Assembly: GCA_900234795.1 (NCBI GenBank)
Contig: LT962688.1
Coordinates: 1,230,001 to 1,262,000, forward strand
Source of the DNA: Methylorubrum extorquens
GTDB lineage: Bacteria; Pseudomonadota; Alphaproteobacteria; Rhizobiales; Beijerinckiaceae
Reading direction: 5' to 3'
Length of the DNA: 32,000 nt
This document shows, in pieces, positions 15,738 to 23,063 of this stretch. Both the position numbers and the translations under genes were made by a program. The stretch's first letter is position 1; each line of letters starts with the position of its first letter. The notes beneath the pieces are model-generated. The model saw nothing but the letters and a program-made list of their open reading frames with translations, was not told where the DNA came from and ran no database searches.

Positions 15738-16069
15738 GCGGCGGGGACATCACGGGCCACGGGGAGGCCGGGCACACCCGGCTGCGCCTCTACGTTGCCG
15801 GCACCTCGCCGCGCTCGACCCGCAGCATCGAGAGCGTGCGCCGCCTGTGCGAGCATCGGCTCGGGGGCGCGTGCGACCTCGAAGTGGTCGATATCTACCA
15901 GCAACCGGCGCTCGCGGGCGAAGACGGCGTGGTCGCGGCGCCGACCCTGGTGCGGCTCTCACCCCTTCCCGCCCGGCGCATCACCGGAGATCTGAGCGAC
16001 GAGCGGCATGTCCTCGACGGGCTTGGACTCGGCGGGCTCGGATTCGGCGGGGCCGCCGATGAGCACTGA
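15734..16069 (+). CDS. kaiB: KaiB paralogue 2 (divergent, Gly-rich C-terminal tail)
   Basis: TTG start overlaps the kaiB1 stop (TTGA at 15734-15737). AGGTGGA lies 6 nt upstream. [93 protein letters not shown] keeps the KaiB core motifs LYVAG, PTLV and GDLSD. Confidence 0.8.
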   Translation: MSGGDITGHGEAGHTRLRLYVAGTSPRSTRSIESVRRLCEHRLGGACDLEVVDIYQQPALAGEDGVVAAPTLVRLSPLPARRITGDLSDERHVLDGLGLGGLGFGGAADEH

Positions 16070-17822
16070 GCCCGACGCCACGGCTTTGGACGAGGCGCAA
16101 GCGCGCATCCGCACGCTGGAAGCGCGGCTGGAGGAGGTCGAGGACACCCTGGCGGCGATCCGCCGGGGCGATTTCGATGCGATCGTGGTCGAGGGTCCGA
16201 GCGGCGAGCGGCTGGTCTACACCCTGGAGAATGCCGACCGGCCCTACCGGGTGCTGATCGAGCAGATCCAGGAGGGCGCCTTCACCCTCGGGCCGGATGG
16301 AACGCTGCTCTACTGCAACCGCCGGCTCGCCGAGACCCTGGGCACTCCGCAGGAGCGCCTGATCGGCCAGCCCTTCGCGCGCTTCGCCGCCGGGGGCCAG
16401 GACGCGGCGCTCGCCGCCCTGATCACGCAGGCGGCGCGGATGCCGGCCCGCGGCGAGATCGCCCTGTGCGACGAGGCGGGGGTCGAGCGCCCCGCCTACC
16501 TGTCGCTGAACCGCCTCGACGGCGACGGCGACACCCTGCTCCTTTGCGGCGTGATCACCGACCTCACGGCGGAGCGGCTGCGCCTGCACGAACTCGCCGA
16601 GGCCAACGAGCGCCTGCGCGCCGAGGTGGCCGAGCGCGAGCGGATCGAGGAGGCGCTGCGCCAGAGCCAGAAGATGGAGGCGGTGGGCCAGCTCACCGGC
16701 GGCGTCGCGCACGACTTCAACAACCTGCTCACCGTCATCAAGTCCTCCACCGACCTGCTCAAGCGCCCCGATCTCGCCGAGGAGCGCCGCCGCCGCTATG
16801 TCGATGCCATCTCCGACACGGTGGCACGCGCGGCCAAGCTGACCGGCCAGCTCCTCGCCTTCGCCCGACGCCAAGCCTTGAAGCCCGAGGTGTTCGATGC
16901 CGGCCGCGGCGTCGCGTCGGTGGCCGACATGGTCGGCACGCTCACCGGCGCGCGCATCCAGGTGAAGACCTTGATCGAGCCCTGTTTCGACGCCGCGGGC
17001 GAGCCCTTCGCCTGCCTCGTGGAGGCCGATCCGAGCCAGTTCGACACAGCGCTGGTCAACATGGTCGTCAACGCCCGCGACGCCATGGACGGCGAGGGCA
17101 CGCTCACCATCCGCGTCGCCCATGCCGGGCAGATCCCGGCCCTGCGCACCCATCCGGCCGTGCCCGGCGACTTCGTGGCGGTGGCGATTTCCGACACGGG
17201 GACGGGCATCGCGCCGGCCGACCTGTCGCGGATCTTCGAGCCGTTCTTCACGACGAAGGGCGTCGGCCAGGGCACCGGGCTCGGGCTGTCCCAGGTGTTC
17301 GGCTTCGCCAAGCAGTCGGGCGGCGACATCGCGGTGGAGAGCGTGCTGGGACAGGGCACGACCTTCACCCTGTTCCTGCCGCGGGCCAAGGTCGCCCCGA
17401 CGATGGTCGAGTCCGCCGACGAGCCCGAGCCGCTGGCCCCCGGCCACGGCACCTGCGTGCTTCTCGTCGAGGACAACCGCGAGGTCGGCGCCTTCGCGAC
17501 GCAGGCGCTGGCCGAACTCGGCTACGGCACCGTCTGGGCGATGGATGCGGAGCAGGCGCTGGCCGAACTCGACCGGACGCCGGAGCGCTTCGACGTGGTG
17601 TTCACCGACGTGGTGATGCCCGGCATGAACGGCGTCGAACTCGCCCGCACGATCCTGGGGCGGACGCCCGGCATGCCGATCGTGCTCTCCTCCGGCTACA
17701 GCCACGTGCTGGCCGAGGACGGGCGCCACGGCTTCCCGCTGCTGCACAAGCCCTACTCGGTGGAGGATCTCTCGCGCATCCTGCGCCGGGCGATCCAGCG
17801 GCGCGCCGCGCGGGCGCGGTGA
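16059..17822 (+). CDS. Hybrid sensor histidine kinase (coiled coil, PAS, HisKA, HATPase_c, C-terminal REC) co-oriented with kaiCBB
   Basis: ATG 16059 lies 11 nt inside kaiB2; the longest ORF starts at 16008. PAS-like [34 protein letters not shown]-box [23 protein letters not shown]-box [11 protein letters not shown]-boxes DTGTGI and [21 protein letters not shown]...[12 protein letters not shown]...LLHKPY. Confidence 0.9.
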   Translation: MSTEPDATALDEAQARIRTLEARLEEVEDTLAAIRRGDFDAIVVEGPSGERLVYTLENADRPYRVLIEQIQEGAFTLGPDGTLLYCNRRLAETLGTPQERLIGQPFARFAAGGQDAALAALITQAARMPARGEIALCDEAGVERPAYLSLNRLDGDGDTLLLCGVITDLTAERLRLHELAEANERLRAEVAERERIEEALRQSQKMEAVGQLTGGVAHDFNNLLTVIKSSTDLLKRPDLAEERRRRYVDAISDTVARAAKLTGQLLAFARRQALKPEVFDAGRGVASVADMVGTLTGARIQVKTLIEPCFDAAGEPFACLVEADPSQFDTALVNMVVNARDAMDGEGTLTIRVAHAGQIPALRTHPAVPGDFVAVAISDTGTGIAPADLSRIFEPFFTTKGVGQGTGLGLSQVFGFAKQSGGDIAVESVLGQGTTFTLFLPRAKVAPTMVESADEPEPLAPGHGTCVLLVEDNREVGAFATQALAELGYGTVWAMDAEQALAELDRTPERFDVVFTDVVMPGMNGVELARTILGRTPGMPIVLSSGYSHVLAEDGRHGFPLLHKPYSVEDLSRILRRAIQRRAARAR

Positions 17823-17864
17823 TTGTCCCTTCGCCTGCGGCGGCTTGCGCAGCGGGCAAGGAAA

Positions 17865-17888
17865 AAGGCTCGGATTGCTCCGAGCCTT
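17865..17888 (-). terminator. Rho-independent terminator between the convergent kinase and Sua5 genes, best on the minus strand
   Basis: AAGGCTCGGA-ttgc-TCCGAGCCTT is a perfect 10-bp stem. On the minus strand it is followed by TTTTTCC. A second hairpin, GGCCTTCG (17918-17925) pairing with CGAAGGCC (17942-17949), lies between it and the Sua5 stop. Confidence 0.6.
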
Positions 17889-17991
17889 GAAGGGAAAAGG
17901 CCATTGGGGGCTGAACTGGCCTTCGTGATCGGACAATGCGCCGAAGGCCGTCTGGTTCCGCAAAAAAGTTCAATGAAAAATCGCGCCGGTT

Positions 17992-18981
17992 TCAGCGCGG
18001 CGCCGCAGCCCGGCGCAGGCGGTCGTTGATCGCCTCGCCCAGCCCCTCCTCCGGCACCGGGACGACAGCGATGGTCGGTGCGCCCGAGGCGTCGAGCCGG
18101 CGCAGGGCCCCGAACAGCCGCGCGGCGGCCTCCGCCGGATCGCCGCGCTCGCTTAAGGATTCGACCGCCGCCGCACGGTCCAGCCCAGCGGGGCGGAAGG
18201 CGCCGAACAGCAGAACCGCCTCATTCGGCTCGATGGTCCTGACCTCGAGCCGCACCCCGGCCCGCGGGGCGTAGTGCGAGGCGAGCAGGCCGGGACCCAC
18301 GGGCCGCGAGCCCGGATCGCCGGCCGCTTCGGGAGCAAAGCCCAGCACGGCAGCGAGGGCCTCCCGCGTCACCCCGCCGGGGCGCAGCAGCCGGGGCGGG
18401 CCACCGAGACAGGCGACCACGGTGGATTCGACACCGACCGGGCATTCGCCCCCGTCGAGCACCGCCGCGATGCGCCCGTCGAGATCGGTCAGCACATGGT
18501 CGGCGCTGGTGGGGCTCACCCGTCCGGAACGGTTGGCCGAGGGCGCCGCCACCGGTCGCCCGACCCGTTCCAGCAGCGCGCGGGCGATGTCGTGGGCCGG
18601 CACGCGGAGCGCCACGGAGTCGAGCCCGGCCCGAGCGAGATCGCAGACCGAGCCGCCGGGTGCCGCCGGCACCACCAGGGTCAGCGGCCCCGGCCAGAAT
18701 TTTTTCGCGAGGCGGAGGGCGGCTTCGTCGAACACGCCCTCGGCCAACGCAGCCTCGGGCGTCGCGACATGGGCGATCAGCGGGTTGAAGCGCGGGCGGC
18801 CCTTGGCGGCATAGATCGCGGCCACCGCCTCCGGGTCGGTGGCGTCGGCCCCGAGCCCGTAGACCGTCTCGGTCGGCAGGGCGACGAGGCGCCCCGCCCG
18901 GAGCAGGGCGGCCGCCCGCGCGAGGCCGTCCGCGTCGGCCGCCAGGCGCAGCGTGGGGATGGTTGACGGTACGGCGTCCAT
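17992..18981 (-). CDS. L-threonylcarbamoyladenylate synthase (Sua5/YrdC/TsaC family, with Sua5 C-terminal domain)
   Basis: MDAVPSTIPTLRLAADADGLARAAALLRAGRLVALPTETVYGLGADATDPEAVAAIYAAKGRPRFNPLIAHV.... Start chosen at 18981, 35 aa before PTETVYGL as in known family members. The longest ORF reaches 19092. Confidence 0.85.
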   Translation of the reverse strand: MDAVPSTIPTLRLAADADGLARAAALLRAGRLVALPTETVYGLGADATDPEAVAAIYAAKGRPRFNPLIAHVATPEAALAEGVFDEAALRLAKKFWPGPLTLVVPAAPGGSVCDLARAGLDSVALRVPAHDIARALLERVGRPVAAPSANRSGRVSPTSADHVLTDLDGRIAAVLDGGECPVGVESTVVACLGGPPRLLRPGGVTREALAAVLGFAPEAAGDPGSRPVGPGLLASHYAPRAGVRLEVRTIEPNEAVLLFGAFRPAGLDRAAAVESLSERGDPAEAAARLFGALRRLDASGAPTIAVVPVPEEGLGEAINDRLRRAAAPR

Positions 18982-19090
18982 ATCGGAGTGGATGCGAGGA
19001 AGAACGGCCGGCCGTAGACCCTTCAGCCGCAAGCCGTCAAACGGGATCGCCGCCCCCTCGACGCGCGGCGGGAGGAGCGGTGTACCGGTC

Positions 19091-20488
19091 ATGAGCTATC
19101 GCGCGCCCGTCGAGGAGATGGCCTTCACCCTCCGCCACGTCGCGGGGCTCGACGCCGTGCTGGCGCAGAGCGGGGCCGAGATCGGCCCGGACGATGCGGT
19201 CGCCATCCTCGAAGAGGCGGGCCGGCTCGCCGGCAACGTCATCGCCCCGCTCAACCGGGTCGGCGACCGCCACGGTACGCCGTTCTCGGACGGCCGCGTC
19301 ACCACCGCGCCGGGCTGGGCGTCAGCCTACCGCGCCTTCGTCGAGGGCGGCTGGAACGGCGTGCTCGCCGCGCCCGATTACGGGGGGCAGGGCCTGCCGC
19401 ATCTGATCGCCGCCGCCTGCACCGAGATGTGGAACGGGGCCAACCTCGCCTTCGGCCTGTGCCCGCTGCTGACCGCCGGCGGCGTCGAGGCGCTGGCCGC
19501 CCACGGCTCCGACGAACTGAAGGGCCGCTATCTCGAAAAGCTCGTCTCGGGCGAGTGGACCGCGACCATGAACCTGACCGAGCCGCAGGCGGGCTCGGAC
19601 CTTTCGGCTCTGCGCACCCGCGCCGAGGCCCAGGGCGACGGCAGCTACCGGATCACCGGCGCCAAGATCTACATCACCTATGGCGAGCACGACCTTGCCG
19701 ACAACATCTGCCACCTCGTGCTCGCCCGCCTCAAGGACGCGCCGGCCGGTACCCGCGGCATCTCGCTGTTCCTCGTGCCGAAGGTGCTGCCGGACGGGAG
19801 CCGCAACGACCTGCGGTGTTCGGGCATCGAGCACAAGCTCGGCATCCACGCCTCGCCGACCTGCTCCATGGCCTTCGGCGACGCGGGCGGCGCGACCGGC
19901 TGGCTGATCGGCGAGGAGAACCGGGGGTTGGCCTGCATGTTCACGATGATGAACTCGGCCCGGCTCAATGTCGGGCTGCAGGGCGTGGGCGTGGCGGAAG
20001 CCGCGTATCAGAAGGCCCTCGACTACGCCCGCGAGCGCCGCCAGGGCCGGGCGCCGGGCTCGCCCGAGCCGGTCAGCGCCATCGTGGCGCATGCCGACAT
20101 CCAGCGCACGCTGCTGACCATGAAGGCCTACACGGCGGCGTCCCGCGGCATCTGCTACCTCACCGCCCAAGGTCTCGACGCCGCTGATGGACCCGAGGGA
20201 AAGGCGGCGCATGACCGCGCCTCGCTGCTGACGCCGGTGGCCAAAGCCTTCTCCACCGACATCGCCAACGAGGTGACCTCGCTCGGCGTTCAGGTCCATG
20301 GCGGCATGGGCTTCGTCGAGGAGACGGGGGCGGCCCAGCTCATGCGCGATGCCCGCATCCTCGGTATCTACGAGGGCACCAACGGCATCCAGGCGATCGA
20401 CCTCGTCACCCGCAAGCTGCCGCTGAACGGCGGCGCCACGGTCGGCGCGCAGATCGCGTCGATGCGGCGGGTGGCGGAGGGCTCTTGA
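19091..20488 (+). CDS. Acyl-CoA dehydrogenase (long-form family), N-terminal, middle and catalytic domains; reading frame ends prematurely
   Basis: MSYRAPVEEMAFTLRHV...GGWNGVLAAPDYGGQGLP...TATMNLTEPQAGSDLSALRTRAE...GAKIYITYGEHDL...IHASPTCSMAFG...QVHGGMGFVEETGAAQLMRDARILGIYEGTNGIQAIDLVTRK. The stop at 20486-20488 comes before the expected C-terminal domain. Confidence 0.9.
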   Translation: MSYRAPVEEMAFTLRHVAGLDAVLAQSGAEIGPDDAVAILEEAGRLAGNVIAPLNRVGDRHGTPFSDGRVTTAPGWASAYRAFVEGGWNGVLAAPDYGGQGLPHLIAAACTEMWNGANLAFGLCPLLTAGGVEALAAHGSDELKGRYLEKLVSGEWTATMNLTEPQAGSDLSALRTRAEAQGDGSYRITGAKIYITYGEHDLADNICHLVLARLKDAPAGTRGISLFLVPKVLPDGSRNDLRCSGIEHKLGIHASPTCSMAFGDAGGATGWLIGEENRGLACMFTMMNSARLNVGLQGVGVAEAAYQKALDYARERRQGRAPGSPEPVSAIVAHADIQRTLLTMKAYTAASRGICYLTAQGLDAADGPEGKAAHDRASLLTPVAKAFSTDIANEVTSLGVQVHGGMGFVEETGAAQLMRDARILGIYEGTNGIQAIDLVTRKLPLNGGATVGAQIASMRRVAEGS

Positions 20489-20853
20489 AGGACGGCGCGC
20501 CCGGCTTCGGCCACGCGGCGGCGCGCCTGCGGGACGGCATCGGCAGCCTCGACCGGGCGACGAGTTTCCTGCTCAAGGCGCTGGCCTCGAACCGGCCGCA
20601 GGAGGCTTTGCCCGGTGCGACGCCGTATCTGCGCCTGTTCGGCCTCGTGCAGGGCGCGGCCTGCCTCGCGACGGCGGGGTTGGCTTCGAGCGCGGCCGTG
20701 AAGGCCGGCGAGACCGATCCGGCCCACCCCGCGCGCATCGCGCTCGCCCGCTTCTTCGCCGAGAACCTGCTGCCGGCGGCGGGCGGCCTGGAGCAGTCGA
20801 TTCTCTCGGGCGGCGACTTCGCCGATGATCCCGCCTTCGCGCTTGCGGGGTGA
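20485..20853 (+). pseudogene. C-terminal domain of the same acyl-CoA dehydrogenase, displaced into another frame (frameshifted fragment or sequencing error)
   Basis: LKDGAPGFGHAAARLRDGIGSLDRATSFLL...ATPYLRLFGLVQGAACLA...HPARIALARFFAENLLPAAGGL resembles the C-terminal helical domain of roughly 600-aa acyl-CoA dehydrogenases. This frame is also open upstream of 20485 (…DAAGGGGLLKDG), which is consistent with a 1-nt indel near 20460-20485. Confidence 0.6.
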
Positions 20854-20859
20854 ACCCGC

Positions 20860-21522
20860 TCAGCGCTCCGCGCCGGGGCCATACCCCGCGAAAAACACCC
20901 GCACCGCCTCCACGACCCGGTGCCGGATCTCCGCTTCGTCGGGTGCCTGCCCGACATTGAACAGCAGGCGCGTCAGCATTCCCGCTTGGCAGAGCTGGAG
21001 GAAGTGCTTGGCGGCAAGATCGGTGTCGTCGGCGCGCAGGCGCCCGGCAGCGACCTGGGCGTCGATATAGGCCTTCAGCCGTCCGACCCCGCAGGCCGGG
21101 CCGGCCTCGTAGAAGGCCTGCCCGAACCGGGGGAATTTCTCGCAGGCGCCCATCACCATGCGGATGATCGAGACCTGCTCCGGCCGCGCCATCATCGTGA
21201 GGTAGCTGGTCCCGAGCCGCGTCAGCACGGCGCGGACATCCGGGTCGTCCTCGTCGAGCCGGAACAGGTTCTCGGCCAAACCCGCCTTCGCCTCGGTGGT
21301 CAGGGCCTCGAACAAGGCTTCCTTGCTGTCGAAATAGACGTAGAGCGTGCCCTTCGAGACGTTCGCGGTCTTGGCGATCTCGCCCATGCTGGCCCCGTCG
21401 AAGCCCGACGCCATGAACACCTGACGCGCGCCCTCTAGGATCTGCCGACGCTTGTCGCTCTCGCCCGATAGGGTTGCTTGCGGGGCCGCCGGCCCCCGCT
21501 CCTGTGTCGCCGCACCCACCAT
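20860..21522 (-). CDS. TetR/AcrR-family transcriptional repressor
   Basis: RRQILEGARQVFMASGFDGASMGEIAKTANVSKGTLYVYFDSKEALF is a canonical TetR helix-turn-helix. Divergent from the efflux genes. Confidence 0.92.
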   Translation of the reverse strand: MVGAATQERGPAAPQATLSGESDKRRQILEGARQVFMASGFDGASMGEIAKTANVSKGTLYVYFDSKEALFEALTTEAKAGLAENLFRLDEDDPDVRAVLTRLGTSYLTMMARPEQVSIIRMVMGACEKFPRFGQAFYEAGPACGVGRLKAYIDAQVAAGRLRADDTDLAAKHFLQLCQAGMLTRLLFNVGQAPDEAEIRHRVVEAVRVFFAGYGPGAER

Positions 21523-21554
21523 GGCCTGACCCGCTTACCCCAACTCGCTCGCAT

Positions 21555-21573
21555 TGACCGAACCGTTCAGTCA
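21555..21573. promoter_or_regulatory. TetR operator copy 1 (TGACCGAAC-c-GTTCAGTCA, one mismatch from a perfect palindrome)
   Basis: Read directly. It lies 33 nt upstream of the tetR start and matches the sequence of copy 2. Confidence 0.55.
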
Positions 21574-21621
21574 GTGCTAGCTAGCCCTCGAATGAGGGCG
21601 GCGTCAACTCGGCCCGTCGAA

Positions 21622-21640
21622 TGACCGAACGGTTCGGTCA
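21622..21640. promoter_or_regulatory. TetR operator copy 2 (perfect palindrome TGACCGAAC-g-GTTCGGTCA)
   Basis: Read directly. It overlaps the first codons of the longest emrA-like ORF (ATG 21621). The two operator centres are 67 bp apart. Confidence 0.55.
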
Positions 21641-21644
21641 ATGC

Positions 21645-22868
21645 ATGTCTGGGATGTCAGCGATGTCGCTGCGTGAGGATTCCGGCCGGTCGGAGGCCGC
21701 CCCTGAGACGGCCGAGGAGGCGCGGGCCGAGTCCGGCCGGGCCCCGGCCGGGCGCCCCGCCCCGGTTGCCGAGCCGGTGCCGCCCTCCCCCGCCAAGCCG
21801 CGCCGGCCGCTGCGGCGCGCGGTGCTGGGCCTCGTGCTCTGCGCGGCTTTCGGCGGCGGCGCCTATGCCGGCTGGGACTGGTGGACGGTGGGGCGCTACT
21901 TCGTCAGCACCGACGACGCCTACGTGCAGGCGGATATCTCGGTGCTCGCCGCCAAGGTATCGGGCTATCTGGCGGCGGTGCCCGTGGTGAACGGGCAGGG
22001 GGTGAAGCGGGGCGACGTGATCGCCCGGCTCGACGACGGCGATTACCGCCTCGCCCTGAAGGCCGCCGCGGACAAGCTCGCCACGCAGGAGAGCACCATC
22101 GCCCGCGTCGGCCGGCAAGCCGAGGCCGCGCAGGCGCAAGTGCTGCAGAGTGCGGCGCAGATCGATGCCGCGAAGGCCGACGCCGTGCGGGCCGGGGCCG
22201 ACTACGCCCGCGCCACGGGGATGCAGGCCGATTTCGTCGCGAAATCCCGGCTTGATCAGGCCAAGGCCGATCGCGACCGCACCGAGGCGGCGGTGAAGTC
22301 GGCCGAGGCTGCCCTCGTCGCCGCGCGGGCCAATGTCGAAGTGCTGAAGGCGCAGACACGCGAGGCCCAGAACTTCGCCGCGGAGCTGCGCACCGCCGCC
22401 GACCGCGCGCGGCGCGACCTCGATTTCGCGGTGATCCGCGCGCCCTTCGACGGCGTCGTCGGCAACAAGGCGGTGGAGGCCGGGGCCTATGTCTCGCCGG
22501 GCTCGCGCATCGCCGCCCTGGTGCCGCTGCAGAGCGTGCGGGTCGATGCGAACTTCAAGGAGACGCAGCTCGCCCGCGTCCGGCCCGGCCAGGAGGTCCA
22601 CATCCACGTGGACGCCTATCCCGACCGCGACATCGTCGGCACGGTCGAATCGCTCTCGCCCGCCTCCGGCTCGGTCTTCAGCCTGCTGCCGCCGGACAAC
22701 GCTACCGGCAACTTCACCAAGATCGTGCAGCGCCTGCCCGTGCGCGTCCACGTGCCCGAGGATGTCGCCCGCGAGGGCCTGCTGCGGCCCGGCCTGTCCG
22801 TGGTGGTGAAGGTCGATACCCGCGAGGGCGCCGACGCACCGGTGCAGCGGCTCGCCGCCCGGCCGTGA
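21645..22868 (+). CDS. emrA: HlyD/EmrA-family membrane fusion protein of an MFS efflux pump
   Basis: ...YFVSTDDAYVQADISVLAAKVSGYLAAVPVVNGQGVKRGDVIARLDDGDYRLAL..., long coiled coil, ...VIRAPFDGVVGNKAVEAGAYVSPG...GNFTKIVQRLPVRV. The start is uncertain: the longest ORF starts at 21621 inside the operator, and further ATGs occur at 21645, 21654 and 21663. Confidence 0.88.
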   Translation: MSGMSAMSLREDSGRSEAAPETAEEARAESGRAPAGRPAPVAEPVPPSPAKPRRPLRRAVLGLVLCAAFGGGAYAGWDWWTVGRYFVSTDDAYVQADISVLAAKVSGYLAAVPVVNGQGVKRGDVIARLDDGDYRLALKAAADKLATQESTIARVGRQAEAAQAQVLQSAAQIDAAKADAVRAGADYARATGMQADFVAKSRLDQAKADRDRTEAAVKSAEAALVAARANVEVLKAQTREAQNFAAELRTAADRARRDLDFAVIRAPFDGVVGNKAVEAGAYVSPGSRIAALVPLQSVRVDANFKETQLARVRPGQEVHIHVDAYPDRDIVGTVESLSPASGSVFSLLPPDNATGNFTKIVQRLPVRVHVPEDVAREGLLRPGLSVVVKVDTREGADAPVQRLAARP

Positions 22869-22908
22869 GACTCGGGCCGGCCGGACAAGGTCATCGATCC
22901 TGCCAAAC

Positions 22909-23021
22909 CCCTCATCCTGAGGTGCCCGCGTCAGCGGGCCTCGAAGGATCCTCCAGTTCCCGCACGATCCCTGGAACACCCTTCGAGGCCTCCCCTTCGC
23001 GGAGGCACCTCAGGATGAGGG
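22909..23021. repeat. 113-bp palindromic (REP/MITE-like) element in the emrA-emrB spacer
   Basis: Perfect 18-bp terminal inverted repeat: CCCTCATCCTGAGGTGCC (22909-22926) pairs with GGCACCTCAGGATGAGGG (23004-23021). Inner pairings CGCG (22927-22930) with CGCG (22998-23001) and CCTCGAAGG (22939-22947) with CCTTCGAGG (22980-22988). The CTCATCCTGAGGTGCC core resembles intergenic repeats I recall being widespread in Rhizobiales genomes. Confidence 0.6.
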
Positions 23022-23063
23022 TGAGGAGGGGATCATCGCACTCAAGACTATCCGAGGCGCCCC

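Noticed and set aside
16008-16058. Longest start of the hybrid kinase (ATG 16008), overlapping kaiB2 by 62 nt
   Set aside because: A 62-nt same-strand overlap is unusual. ATG 16059 gives an 11-nt overlap consistent with the coupling seen at the other junctions. This remains possible, because both frames have high GC3 here.
13178-17822. Search for a KaiA-like gene or a SasA/CikA/RpaA-type output set around the kai genes
   Set aside because: No ORF with KaiA-like features was seen. The adjacent kinase is a PAS hybrid kinase without a KaiB-like (SasA-type) N-terminal domain. The nearby regulator is a bare receiver, not an RpaA-type OmpR protein. The cyanobacterial wiring therefore should not be assumed.
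15981-17963. 660-aa minus-strand ORF
   Set aside because: It is antisense to the PAS hybrid histidine kinase and has low-complexity Arg/Gly/Ala composition.
18982-19092. Longer Sua5 start at 19092, forming a CATG head-to-head overlap with the acyl-CoA dehydrogenase ATG (19091)
   Set aside because: It would leave no promoter space for two divergent genes. It would also add 37 non-conserved residues. The ATG at 18981 gives the usual ~35-aa distance to the PTETVYGLG motif.
21621-21644. First ATG of the emrA-like ORF
   Set aside because: It lies inside the perfect 19-bp palindromic operator. Translation more likely begins at one of the ATGs at 21645-21663. This is not decisive.
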